Shown here piece by piece: positions 17,974-27,984 of a stretch of 64,000 nt of DNA. The position numbers were made by a program, and so were the translations under genes. The stretch is from Candidatus Woesebacteria bacterium RIFCSPLOWO2_01_FULL_39_23 (GTDB lineage Bacteria; Patescibacteriota; Microgenomatia; UBA8517): contig MGHG01000005.1 of assembly GCA_001793095.1 (NCBI GenBank), positions 6,569 to 70,568 on the forward strand. Direction: 5' to 3'. Within the stretch, counting starts at the first letter, position 1, and each line of letters opens with the position of its first letter. The notes under the pieces are model-generated. The model saw only the letters and a program-made list of their open reading frames with translations. It had not been told where the DNA came from and made no database searches.

Positions 17974-20562
17974 TTAACATTCCGAGTATCCACATGCTTG
18001 GCATTTGGAGCAGCCTTCCTCATAAACCAATGCACTTGCACCGCAGGATGGGCAGATATCTCCAACACCCTTAATATCCGCAAGGCTAAGTTGGTTTGCA
18101 GACATATTTTCTTGCACTTCTGCAACTCCCCCAGGATGAAGACTAAAGTTCGTTACCCCATTCGTGTTTATTCCTCCGTTCCCGTTTGTAACTAAGTAAC
18201 TCTTACCATCCCCCTCCGTTTTGTGATTATTGTCAATTTCATCCGGTTTTACATTTTCGTAACCCTCCCGTCCCTTGAGAAAGCCATTAATTCTGAAGCC
18301 AAAATGAAGCGAAAGTGCCATTGCGATAGCATCCGGGAGTGACAATACTTTATTAGGCCCAAAACCCACGGACCGTCTCCCTCCAATACCGGCTAGCTGG
18401 AGAGCAATCTCTTTTGCCCGATCAACCGGCCTAAGATCACTTCTAAAACGTAGTGCCGTTGATATTGTTCTGCCTAAGGCTTCCGACATTGCTGCAACAT
18501 CGCTTCCGGCTTTTCCTACGTTGACAAAAAGTTCTAAGGGTTCCTGCTTCTCGTCTTGATTTATTGTCACAAAAGCAGTTCCAACAGGCGTATTAAGCCG
18601 ATAAGTTGCACCTGTAACCTTAAATGGCCTACTAATAGTTGACTCTTTAGGTAATTCCTTCTTCTTTTTGTCATTAATTCCTAAATTAAGAACTTGAGCG
18701 GCTTTGCAGCCATCTCTGAAAACAGTTACTCCCTTACAATCCGTCTCCCAAGCCAATAGATATGCCTCTTTTATATCCGATACATTGGTTTCATTTCTCA
18801 TATTAATAGTCTTACTCACGGCATTTTCCGTATATTTCTGGAATGCTGCCTGGTGCCTGATATGCCAATCGTGGTTAATTTCGTGGGCAGTACCAAAGAC
18901 TCTCTTGACGTCATCCGGCACCCCGTCAACTTCTCTTACAACTCCATGTTCGCCGATTTTTCTTTTTAACTCATCCGTCCAAAAGCCTCTTCTTTTCGCT
19001 ACCTCTTCAAACTTTGGATTTACAAACGTCAGGGTTCTATCCAGACTTTTATCTTTAACAATATGCTGGTATGCAATTGCAAATAGGGGTTCGATGCCGC
19101 TACTCGCTCCTGCCAGTATTGAAATCGAACCTGTCGGGGCAATAGTTGTAACGGTCGAATTTCTTCGCGGTTTTCCATTTTTATAAATACTAACTCCCCA
19201 GAGCGGAAATGGCCCGCGGTCCTTTGCCAACTCGTGAGTGGCGGCAACAGACTCTGTCTCAATAACTTTCATAATTTTTTCCCCAAGCGTTAAGGCTTCT
19301 TCCGAATCATAAGGAATCCCCAACTCAACCAGTAAATCCGCCCATCCCCCAACTCCAAGACCAATACGTCTAATAGCCAAAGATGTCTGGCGAATCTCTT
19401 TCAAGGGATACGGATTCATTTCAATTACGTCATCAAGAAATCGTGTTGAGACTCTCGCAACTTCTTTCAACTTTTCCCAATCAATAGACTTTTCGCCGTT
19501 ATTATCAACTACAAACTTCTGAAGAAAAATACTACCTAAATTACATGAATCATACGGATAAAGAGGTTGCTCACCACAGGGGTTGGTTGACTCAACCGGA
19601 CCGAGTGGCGGAACCGGATTTGCTGAACCTTTATTTATCCTATCCAGAAAAATTAATCCAGGATCGCCGGTTTTCCAAGCTCCTTCGGCGATTTCATCCC
19701 AAACCTTTCGAGCAGAGAGCTTTCCGACAACTCGTAAGCTTACACCTTTGTCATCCTTTTTGGGTGCAATAAGGTCGTATTCACTATCGTTTTTGAGAGC
19801 CTCCATAAAGGCATCAGTAATTGCAACAGATATATTGAAATTGGTAATTCCTCCTTCTTCCTTACAATGAATGAATTCAAGAATATCCGGATGATCAACT
19901 CTTAATATTCCCATATTTGCCCCACGCCTTTTACCACCCTGTTTTATTTCGTTTGTCGCAGCGTCAAATATCTTCATAAAAGACACGGGGCCTGAGGCAA
20001 TTCCTCGGCTTGACCGCACTATTTCTCCATGCGGCCGTAATCGACTGAAAGCAAAACCCGTTCCCCCTCCCGTTTGGTGTATCAAAGCCTGATATTTAAT
20101 AGCGTCAAAAATACCAACTAGCGAATCTTCAACAGGAAGAACAAAACAAGCAGAATATTGTAGACCGTTACCCGTTCCCGCATTCATCAGGGTCGGAGAA
20201 TTCGGGAGAAATTCATGAGTTACCAGAAGATTGTAAAACCTGCGTGCAGTTGTTAAAACCTCACTTTTTGTTTTACCCCAACAAACCTCAGCCGATGCGA
20301 TATCCCAAGCAACCCGCCAACATAACTCTTCGGGAGTTTCGATAACTTGTCCATCCTCATTCCTGCGCAGATATCTCTCACTGAGAACCCTTAAAGACTG
20401 CTCAGTCCATTCTCCCTTGGGCAAATCGGAAGGTACATCAGGCCTTTTTCCAAGTTTTTTATGCAATTTCTCGACGAGTTCCCCGTACGTAGGAAAGTTA
20501 AGATGCTCTAAACTAAGTTCCGAGTGGCCGTTGCTTTTAATTTTTTTAATTTTTTTGGACAT
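17974..20562 (-). CDS. nrdJ: ribonucleoside reductase class II, second paralog, without ATP-cone, with long C-terminal extension
   Basis: 862 aa; TNPCGEQPLYPYDSCNLGS active-site motif; C-terminal CPSCGAS...CSKCQACGYSEC zinc ribbon; no intein-like insertion seen. Confidence 0.85.
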   Translation of the reverse strand: MSKKIKKIKSNGHSELSLEHLNFPTYGELVEKLHKKLGKRPDVPSDLPKGEWTEQSLRVLSERYLRRNEDGQVIETPEELCWRVAWDIASAEVCWGKTKSEVLTTARRFYNLLVTHEFLPNSPTLMNAGTGNGLQYSACFVLPVEDSLVGIFDAIKYQALIHQTGGGTGFAFSRLRPHGEIVRSSRGIASGPVSFMKIFDAATNEIKQGGKRRGANMGILRVDHPDILEFIHCKEEGGITNFNISVAITDAFMEALKNDSEYDLIAPKKDDKGVSLRVVGKLSARKVWDEIAEGAWKTGDPGLIFLDRINKGSANPVPPLGPVESTNPCGEQPLYPYDSCNLGSIFLQKFVVDNNGEKSIDWEKLKEVARVSTRFLDDVIEMNPYPLKEIRQTSLAIRRIGLGVGGWADLLVELGIPYDSEEALTLGEKIMKVIETESVAATHELAKDRGPFPLWGVSIYKNGKPRRNSTVTTIAPTGSISILAGASSGIEPLFAIAYQHIVKDKSLDRTLTFVNPKFEEVAKRRGFWTDELKRKIGEHGVVREVDGVPDDVKRVFGTAHEINHDWHIRHQAAFQKYTENAVSKTINMRNETNVSDIKEAYLLAWETDCKGVTVFRDGCKAAQVLNLGINDKKKKELPKESTISRPFKVTGATYRLNTPVGTAFVTINQDEKQEPLELFVNVGKAGSDVAAMSEALGRTISTALRFRSDLRPVDRAKEIALQLAGIGGRRSVGFGPNKVLSLPDAIAMALSLHFGFRINGFLKGREGYENVKPDEIDNNHKTEGDGKSYLVTNGNGGINTNGVTNFSLHPGGVAEVQENMSANQLSLADIKGVGDICPSCGASALVYEEGCSKCQACGYSEC

Positions 20563-20569
20563 ATTATTC

Positions 20570-21010
20570 TTATTCTTTTATCGCCTTAGCGAAATCTTCT
20601 AAATCTTCAAACTGCAAATAGACACTTGCAAATCTAAGCCAAGCTACTTTGTCTATCCTTCTAAGCCTCTTTAATACTGCCTTCCCTATCGATTTACTGC
20701 TGACCTCTTCTTTCTGGCTTCTTAGCATCTCTCTTTCGACACTCTCGACCAAATCGTTAATAAAATCCATTGAAATTGGTCTTTTTTCGACTGCTCTAAG
20801 AACCCCTCTTTTTACTTTCTCTTTGTCAAACGACTCTCTTCTGCCGTCTTTTTTTATTACCCAGAGAGCGGACCCTCCAACTTTTTCGTAAGTTGTAAAA
20901 CGTTTTTTACACTTAAGACATTCTCGCCTTCTTCTTATTGATTTCCCCTCGTCTACGGTTCTTGATTCGAGTACTTGAGTATCCCTGGCTGCACAAAACG
21001 GACATTTCAT
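20570..21010 (-). CDS. nrdR: transcriptional repressor NrdR
   Basis: MKCPFCAARDTQVLESR...RRRRECLKCKKRFTTYE zinc ribbon plus ATP-cone. The ORF track starts at 21037, but the conserved MKCPFC start at 21010 is more likely. Its stop lies 8 nt from the nrdJ start. Confidence 0.85.
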   Translation of the reverse strand: MKCPFCAARDTQVLESRTVDEGKSIRRRRECLKCKKRFTTYEKVGGSALWVIKKDGRRESFDKEKVKRGVLRAVEKRPISMDFINDLVESVEREMLRSQKEEVSSKSIGKAVLKRLRRIDKVAWLRFASVYLQFEDLEDFAKAIKE

Positions 21011-21033
21011 ATTTTCATAGATGAAAACAAATA

Positions 21034-21110
21034 TCACTACCCCTAGTGTCTAGAGACTATTTAACCACCAGATATTGAATAGTCAACTAGTAATATATAT
21101 GTCAAAAAAT
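21034..21110 (-). promoter_or_regulatory. putative nrdR promoter with NrdR-box-like palindrome
   Basis: Minus strand: TTGACT, 17 nt, then TAAATA, followed by ACACTAGGGGTAGTGA (arms CACTA/TAGTG as in the NrdR-box consensus, with a GGGG centre). Confidence 0.35.
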
Positions 21111-21231
21111 ATCAACTGCCGCATGTTGTGAAGCTAAAAATTGAACATTAAATGAAGAATTTGCAGGATTATTATGGGGTAGAGTTGGGACTGAATCCAC
21201 ACATCCAATAATAATTATTCAATAATAAAAA

Positions 21232-21864
21232 TTATTGCCAATTAAAGGGATTATCCGGGGGGGCGATTCCCTTTTCCAGAAGTGCGTTACGTGACCTCTC
21301 GTATACTTTTGTTGAAATGTTCTGGGTAACTTTTAACCCCGCAATTGCATCTTCCGGTGCCGTTGCCAGAATTGCGTCAATCACCTCATAATGCTTAAGG
21401 GATGCATTCGCGAGTCTTTTCACAAGTTCTGTAGTATCTACTCCCTCTTTCCTGATTTTCTCCTCTTCGATTGATGCTTCTTCCATGTACTTCTCGCCTT
21501 TTGTCAAAGTTGAATATGCAACTTCGGGTTTTCCCTTATCGAACAGGATCTTGCTTGCCCCCAACCTTTTATCGGAAAACAAAAGAAGAAGCTCTATTTT
21601 TTTTGTTTTATTCGTCGTCAATAATAACCAAACCCTGTCCCTAGCAGCTTTAATTCTCCAAAGCGGACTATCAGGCAAAACCTTCCCGGGGTAGGCTAAG
21701 TAATAAATAATTGAATAAGACTTATTACCTGATACCATATTCAGATCTAAACCTTTTCCCTGGCCAAATTCATACTTAACAGAGGCTGTACGAAGTATTG
21801 ATATAAATAGTATCCCAAAAGCAAAAAAAAGCGTTGCTACAACAAAAATAATCTTGCGCCACAT
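21232..21864 (-). CDS. hypothetical membrane-anchored protein
   Basis: 210 aa; N-terminal TM helix. Confidence 0.4.
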   Translation of the reverse strand: MWRKIIFVVATLFFAFGILFISILRTASVKYEFGQGKGLDLNMVSGNKSYSIIYYLAYPGKVLPDSPLWRIKAARDRVWLLLTTNKTKKIELLLLFSDKRLGASKILFDKGKPEVAYSTLTKGEKYMEEASIEEEKIRKEGVDTTELVKRLANASLKHYEVIDAILATAPEDAIAGLKVTQNISTKVYERSRNALLEKGIAPPDNPFNWQ

Positions 21865-22037
21865 TGAGGTAGTTTATCTTAAATCCGTGCTCTTCTTAAG
21901 TCAAGGAATCAGATAGTCTCATTCGGAGAAACAGAAAACTCAGAATACTCGGGGAATCTGAATATCAGACACTCCGATTAGGTAAAATCATCGGTCTATC
22001 AGACTATCTGAATCTCCGATTTTTCAGAGTATTCTGA

Positions 22038-22685
22038 TTATCTGAAAAGAATTACTGGCCATTCCCAGAGAACATGCAGGAGAATTGATGAGGCAATATT
22101 TTTTGTTCTCGCAAAGACAAAAGCGGATCCGACTCCGAAGAGAAAAATCAAACCCAGATAAATTGCAGCCGAAGGTAAGGCTAGTTTCCACAAAAATACC
22201 GCTACCGGGACATGCATGGCAGCCCAAATCAAGCTGGTTACACAATTAGCCGCCCACTCCTTCTTCAAGATAGTTAACAGCCTGTTGAAGATATAACCCC
22301 TGAAAGTCGTCTCCTCAACCGTCGCCGTTATGCAAGAAATAGCCAGACCGTAAAAAAACGGATAATTTCCGATATTTGCGGTAAAGTCAAAGCCTCGATA
22401 TTTAATGAAACTCACAATTAACCCGGCAATTCCGAAACCAGCCCCAAGAGCTAATGCAAAATAAAGCGAAGGAAATAAATTTTTAAAAGTTACACCCAGT
22501 GAAGAAACTGAAGCATGTTCTCGCTTTAGTAAATATATGATTGGAGCCAGCCAGAGAATCGGTTTTACTAACAACTCGTCAATTGGCTCCGGTAAGTTAA
22601 AGTTTGAGCGATAGACGCCCCAAACGATTAATAAATAAACCGAAAATAAAATTACATTCTTAATGAGAGGTTTCTTTTTAGACAT
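22038..22685 (-). CDS. CPBP family intramembrane metalloprotease (CAAX protease/Abi)
   Basis: 215 aa, polytopic; EETTFRGYIF (EExxxR), AAMHVPVA and SSILLHVLWEW (HxxxN/W) motifs. Confidence 0.7.
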   Translation of the reverse strand: MSKKKPLIKNVILFSVYLLIVWGVYRSNFNLPEPIDELLVKPILWLAPIIYLLKREHASVSSLGVTFKNLFPSLYFALALGAGFGIAGLIVSFIKYRGFDFTANIGNYPFFYGLAISCITATVEETTFRGYIFNRLLTILKKEWAANCVTSLIWAAMHVPVAVFLWKLALPSAAIYLGLIFLFGVGSAFVFARTKNIASSILLHVLWEWPVILFR

Positions 22686-22697
22686 AAGGAAATTTTA

Positions 22698-23255
22698 CTA
22701 TGTTCTTTGCACTTTGTTGCTTGTCCTATTTATCTTACATTCCCGATAAGCGAAATCGATAGACGCAATTACCATATTTATTTTTTCCTCCGCCTCAGGA
22801 AGGCTGATCGCGTTTTTTTCATTTGGGAACCAATGAAAAAGGAGATTCCGGCACTCTTTCCAGGTTTGCCACAGATTATCTGCTAATACTTTATCTTTAG
22901 AAAATTCCACAATTTTGTCATAAACACTTTCTCGATCCCTATATTCTTTCTCAAGCGATGGATTAAGAGCCTTCCCTACTCTAAAATGTTTACCATAATA
23001 ATCATCCTCTCTAATAAAATCTAAATCTAAAAACAATGTTTTTAAAAAGCCTTCATATGCTTTTGCCGCCGGAAAAACCGCGAAAGCATAGTCATGGAAT
23101 TTAGTCCTTTTAATAGAACCCCTACCATAGCTTCGGCTTAGTTCGCTTTCCCATCTTCTGGCTGTAGTAATTAGAAGCACTGATTGCGTAAGAAGCTCTC
23201 GCAGGTCCTCGTGAATATAGCCCCACCAAGGTTTCGTTTCCAAATTATTCTCCAT
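22698..23255 (-). CDS. hypothetical protein
   Basis: 185-aa ORF upstream of the CPBP protease gene, same strand. Confidence 0.35.
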   Translation of the reverse strand: MENNLETKPWWGYIHEDLRELLTQSVLLITTARRWESELSRSYGRGSIKRTKFHDYAFAVFPAAKAYEGFLKTLFLDLDFIREDDYYGKHFRVGKALNPSLEKEYRDRESVYDKIVEFSKDKVLADNLWQTWKECRNLLFHWFPNEKNAISLPEAEEKINMVIASIDFAYRECKINRTSNKVQRT

Positions 23256-23391
23256 GTCTTTCTCATGGTATCAAATTCTTTCGAACCAGGCAAAAAAAGA
23301 GCATAATATCATACTTGAGTTATACTCTGGGGATGAAAGCCCGGAGTTTTCTTGAATGCTGCTATAATTACTAACGACAAACAAAAATTTT

Positions 23392-25665
23392 ATGTCTAAA
23401 AAGAAAAAAGCAAAAAAATATCTAAAAAAGCTATCAAAGGTTGAAAAAATTAAATCCTCATCTAAGAAAAAGACAAAACGCGGAATTTCTAAAAGGAGAA
23501 TATTTGCAATTGCATTAATAGTAATCGCGTTAACAGGTTTTTTTGTTTGGCTTTTTTGGGGGGTCCCGCTTCCGACGAAACTAATGCAAAGTAAAGTCCC
23601 CGTCTCCTCAAAGCTATACGACAGAAATGGTAAACTAATCTACGAAATCTACGGCGATAAACGAAGCACTCCTATTGAAATCGATGAGCTTCCCAAATAC
23701 GTTATTGATGCAACAATCTCAATTGAAGATAAAGATTTTTATAAACACCACGGTTTTTCAATAGCCGGGATAACCCGGGCAGCTTTCAATACTATCTTTA
23801 AAAGAAAGCTCCAGGGAGGCTCAACTCTGACTCAACAACTCGTTAAAAACGAATTATTGTCCCCCGAGCGAACGGTAAAACGGAAAATCCGGGAATTTGC
23901 ACTCACTTTTTTTGTGGAGATAATCTACAGCAAAAAACAAATTCTCAGCCTGTACCTCAACCAAATTCCTTATGGCTCCACGGCTTACGGGGTAGGTGCT
24001 GCAAGTGAGCTATATTTTGGCAAAAATGCAAAAGACTTAAGTCTAGCTGAGGCAGCGCTCTTATCAGGACTTCCGGCAGCACCTACAAAATACTCTCCGT
24101 TTGGTGCCCATCCGGAACTTGCAAAAGGCAGACAGGAAACTGTACTTAAACGCATGGTTGAAGATAAATATATCACCCAAGAGGAAGCAGATAATGCAAA
24201 AGCTTCCTCTTTAAAATATGCTGAACCTGAAAGCTTAAGGGCACCACACTTTGCACTTTGGGTAAAAGAACTCTTAGCCGAAAAATACGGAGATTCAGTT
24301 ACAGAGCAAGGAGGACTGCGGGTCAAAACTACGCTTGACTTGGACCTACAGGAGTTGGCCGAAGCAGAAGTTGCTTCAGAGGTGGCTAAGCTTAAAAAAC
24401 TGCATGTCGGTAATGGTGCAGCTATTGTTACTCGTCCTAATTCCGGGGAAATATTAGCCATGGTGGGCAGTAAAGACTATTTTGCGCAAGATGAAGATGG
24501 GAAAGTTAATATCATTTTTGCTAATCGCCAACCCGGATCTTCCATCAAACCTTTAAATTATGCTCTCGCCTTAAAAAATAGAAAAATAACTCCAGCCACA
24601 CCTTTAGCTGATGTGCCGACTTGTTTTTCAGTTTACGGACAACGAGCTTATTGCCCGGTCAATTATGACAGAGGTTTCCACGGAGCCGTGCAGGTACGCT
24701 ATGCACTGGCTAATTCCTACAATATTCCGGCAGTCAGGGTTCTCGCTTTAAATGGTATTGAAAACTTCATAAACTTTGCCACTAAAATGGGTATAACTAC
24801 ATTTACGGACCCGAAAAATTATGGATTATCTCTTACGCTCGGCGGAGGCGAAGTAAAACCTTATGATATGGCAGAAGCTTTCGGGGTTTTTGCCAATCAA
24901 GGTATAAAAATACCACTAATTTCAATACTAAAAGTTGAAGATTACAAAGGAAAAGTTTATGAGGATGTTAATCCCGATGATATAGAAGGTGAAAGAGTTC
25001 TTGACGCTGATACGAGCTTTCTAATTTCACATATTCTCCAAGATAATGGTGCCCGTTCGGCAGCTTTCGGGAGTTCGTCATACTTAGTTGTTAAAGATCA
25101 TCCACAGGTGTCAGTAAAAACAGGAACGACAAACGACAGGCGCGACAACTGGACAATCGGCTATAACGGCCACGTACTCGCCCTCGCTTGGGTAGGCAAT
25201 AACGACAACTCCGAAATGAGCGGAGCTGTTTCAGGTGTCTCAGGCGCCTCCCCGATCTGGAATATTATCATCAAGGCAGCACTTGATAAATCAGAAGAAG
25301 GTTACTTCAACCTAAAAGATAAAAACGATGCCTGGCCAAAACAACCGGAGGGCGTAATAGGCGCTAACGTTTGTACCCCAAGCGGGAATCTGCCAAATGA
25401 CCCTAATAATCCCGGCTGTGCGACTAGATATGAATATTTCTTAAAAGACAGAGTTGGGGCGGGAATAGAAAGCGGTAACAAAGATGTTTTAATTGATAAA
25501 ACCAACCAAGCCCTCGCTTATCCCGAACTACCCCCCGAATTAACAGAAACTCAAAATCGAGCATTTCTCTTGGACCCACTTGGTACCCTGGTTTGCTTAG
25601 ACTGCCCGATAGCATCCGCTTCAGCCAAAATCAGCTACCCCATACAAGCAAAAATTGGCCAGTAA
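23392..25665 (+). CDS. class A penicillin-binding protein (PBP1A; GT51 transglycosylase + transpeptidase)
   Basis: 757 aa; Lys-rich N-terminus + TM; GT51 motifs EDKDFYKHHGF, GGSTLTQQLVKN, RKIRE; transpeptidase SSIKP (SxxK), SYN (SxN), KTGT. Confidence 0.85.
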   Translation: MSKKKKAKKYLKKLSKVEKIKSSSKKKTKRGISKRRIFAIALIVIALTGFFVWLFWGVPLPTKLMQSKVPVSSKLYDRNGKLIYEIYGDKRSTPIEIDELPKYVIDATISIEDKDFYKHHGFSIAGITRAAFNTIFKRKLQGGSTLTQQLVKNELLSPERTVKRKIREFALTFFVEIIYSKKQILSLYLNQIPYGSTAYGVGAASELYFGKNAKDLSLAEAALLSGLPAAPTKYSPFGAHPELAKGRQETVLKRMVEDKYITQEEADNAKASSLKYAEPESLRAPHFALWVKELLAEKYGDSVTEQGGLRVKTTLDLDLQELAEAEVASEVAKLKKLHVGNGAAIVTRPNSGEILAMVGSKDYFAQDEDGKVNIIFANRQPGSSIKPLNYALALKNRKITPATPLADVPTCFSVYGQRAYCPVNYDRGFHGAVQVRYALANSYNIPAVRVLALNGIENFINFATKMGITTFTDPKNYGLSLTLGGGEVKPYDMAEAFGVFANQGIKIPLISILKVEDYKGKVYEDVNPDDIEGERVLDADTSFLISHILQDNGARSAAFGSSSYLVVKDHPQVSVKTGTTNDRRDNWTIGYNGHVLALAWVGNNDNSEMSGAVSGVSGASPIWNIIIKAALDKSEEGYFNLKDKNDAWPKQPEGVIGANVCTPSGNLPNDPNNPGCATRYEYFLKDRVGAGIESGNKDVLIDKTNQALAYPELPPELTETQNRAFLLDPLGTLVCLDCPIASASAKISYPIQAKIGQ

Positions 25666-26887
25666 TGCTATATTATTGGTAGTGGAAGAAGACTCTAAAT
25701 ATATTAATCGACTTCAGCTTTCAAAGGACATTATCAAGTTCAGCGCCATTGCTCTAATGCTTATAGTTTGGGCAATTGTTAGTTTTATCGCCCGGTCAAA
25801 TAAGGAACTAATTGAGAAAAATCCGAATATTTCTTCTTACGAGGAATGCGTGGCAGCACCCGGAAGCAAAATTCAGGAAAGTTATCCTTCCGTTTGTGTA
25901 GCCGTGAACGGCAAGCGCTTCGTCGAGCCGATCACCATCCAACAAACCAATTCTGAAACCATTACATCAGACTGGAAGAAATACATCAGCACAGACCAGA
26001 GCTATACACTGATCTACCCTCCAGATTGGCTTGTAAGGGCAAGTGAAAGTGTAATTGAAATTTACTATCCCAAAGCAGTCCGCCTTGATTCTTATATCTT
26101 AATCGAGTCATTCTCCGATGATTATAGTTGCGAAAAACATAGAGACACCGAAACGAAGAAAGGTGAACCGGATCCACTATCTATTCCCTCGTATTTTAAT
26201 GAGGATTATATATGGTTAGGCGATTTCATAGACAAGAAATTTACTTATTTATTTAGGAATACTTTTAAATCGGATGGAAAGATCTATCAAAGAGAATACC
26301 GTCTGATTCCACACAACAACATATGCTATACAATTGATTCATATTCCTTAAGTGAAGAGTATCTAAAAACTCACGACCAAATCCTCTCCATGTTCAAGTT
26401 TATAAATATGATAAATCCCAAGTGGAATAGACACATTAATGAAGAGTTCAATTTTTATTTTGAGTACCCTAAAGATTGGGAATTCACCGAAGATTATTAC
26501 CACCAAAGAGGATTATCAAAATACTCAGACTTGTTATATGTAAGTATTCGCCCAAAAACAATGAAGGTCGATTCTTACTGGCTAGTTAGAGTTATAAATG
26601 ATTTGAGTGTTGACGGAGTAGTACAAGATGCACTCAAAGAAAATCCCGCTTATCCGGACCGTCAAACCGAATTAGTTGCTTTCAAAGACATCACTTTCTT
26701 AAATCTACCTGCAAAACAACTCAACTATAAAGACATGATTACAGATCAATACACTAAAAAAGTTATTACACACGAATATTCTGAGACACTATTAGAAAAG
26801 GATGGTTATATATTTGTACTTCCTGCCAATTCGACAAAAAATACCGTAATGGATCAAGTTCTATCCACTTTTAGATTTATAGACTAG
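25655..26887 (+). CDS. hypothetical exported/membrane-anchored protein
   Basis: 410 aa; single N-terminal TM. Confidence 0.4.
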   Translation: MASNAILLVVEEDSKYINRLQLSKDIIKFSAIALMLIVWAIVSFIARSNKELIEKNPNISSYEECVAAPGSKIQESYPSVCVAVNGKRFVEPITIQQTNSETITSDWKKYISTDQSYTLIYPPDWLVRASESVIEIYYPKAVRLDSYILIESFSDDYSCEKHRDTETKKGEPDPLSIPSYFNEDYIWLGDFIDKKFTYLFRNTFKSDGKIYQREYRLIPHNNICYTIDSYSLSEEYLKTHDQILSMFKFINMINPKWNRHINEEFNFYFEYPKDWEFTEDYYHQRGLSKYSDLLYVSIRPKTMKVDSYWLVRVINDLSVDGVVQDALKENPAYPDRQTELVAFKDITFLNLPAKQLNYKDMITDQYTKKVITHEYSETLLEKDGYIFVLPANSTKNTVMDQVLSTFRFID

Positions 26888-26898
26888 TTTTACTTAAA

Positions 26899-27966
26899 AT
26901 GTACAAACACTCCAAAGGTTTTATTCCTCTCATCATCCTTTTAGTCATTTCATTATTTATTTCTTTTGGTATAGGTTATTATGCATACAAAAATGGACAG
27001 ACCCGCCTGCCGGACGGTGACCTGGCAAATTGGAAAACTTTTAAGGATGAGCACTATAATTTTATATTCAAATACCCTACCAATTGGACAGTCGAAATCG
27101 ATCCCCCTTCAGCCTTGCGATCCCTCGCTATTAAAGACGAAGGGAAAATAAGAGCCATCCGCATCGACACTTCAGTTAACCTATCAATGGGACTAAGTGC
27201 ACCATGCACTCCCCCCAGATGTCAACTAGAACTCATTGAAGGAAATATCGGCAAAATAGGTATCGAATGGCGGGACAACAGTGGCTTTTCAATGCAGGGT
27301 AAAGACAATCAATCCGCCATCAGTTTTACTTTAGAGAAAATTACACCAGAAACAAAGGCTTTTTTTCGCCTTATCCTCTCCACCTTCAAGTTCTTGGATC
27401 AGGCAACGAATAAACGTACCGTCGAAGTCACACGGACAGATGGCACTAAAACTATAATTGACTTGAATTTGGCAAAAAAATACCCAGACGGAAAAGTTAA
27501 TGATGATATCTCTTCCTCTTGGATAGAAAAAACAATCCCTTCTCCCGACGAATCCAAAATAGTTGTGGTAACTTCGGATGGAGGTTCGAGTGTCTACGTG
27601 GTTTTGCTTACTTCATTTGCAAACCCCACAACCTATGAGGAAATAGGACTCAACGACACCTCTTTATTAAATAATATTGTCTGGTCTGACAATAGCCGCT
27701 ATGTGACTTTAGTCTCCAGACCTGCAGATATCGGTCCTTATAGAGTCAAAGTTTGGGATACACAAGCAAATAATATTGCTTCTATCAAAATCCAGTCAGA
27801 CCTTCTCAAGGATACCTGTGCTAGTCCATCTCTTTTCAATCCAAAATGGGTAGACAACTCAACGTTACAAGCTACCTATGAAGCCTACTACTTTGTTTCG
27901 GACGAAACCTGCCGGCCTGATCCTTCGAAACCAATCCAAAAAGGCATAACCACTATAACAATATAG
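26899..27966 (+). CDS. exported protein with conserved KGF...GIGYYAYKNGQTRLPDG N-terminal anchor (family member 1)
   Basis: N-terminus MYKHSKGFIPLIILLVISLFISFGIGYYAYKNGQTRLPDG; about 45 nt are nearly identical at nucleotide level to 28060-28105. Confidence 0.45.
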   Translation: MYKHSKGFIPLIILLVISLFISFGIGYYAYKNGQTRLPDGDLANWKTFKDEHYNFIFKYPTNWTVEIDPPSALRSLAIKDEGKIRAIRIDTSVNLSMGLSAPCTPPRCQLELIEGNIGKIGIEWRDNSGFSMQGKDNQSAISFTLEKITPETKAFFRLILSTFKFLDQATNKRTVEVTRTDGTKTIIDLNLAKKYPDGKVNDDISSSWIEKTIPSPDESKIVVVTSDGGSSVYVVLLTSFANPTTYEEIGLNDTSLLNNIVWSDNSRYVTLVSRPADIGPYRVKVWDTQANNIASIKIQSDLLKDTCASPSLFNPKWVDNSTLQATYEAYYFVSDETCRPDPSKPIQKGITTITI

Positions 27967-27984
27967 CAACAATCAAATTTCAAA

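Noticed and set aside
17974-20562. Intein in the 862-aa NrdJ
   Set aside because: The extra length is a C-terminal extension, not an insertion splitting conserved blocks; no Cys/Ser-...-HN splice junction motifs.
22024-22245. 73-aa ORF overlapping the 3' end of the CPBP protease gene
   Set aside because: Same-strand, out-of-frame overlap with a well-supported gene; Cys-rich junk.
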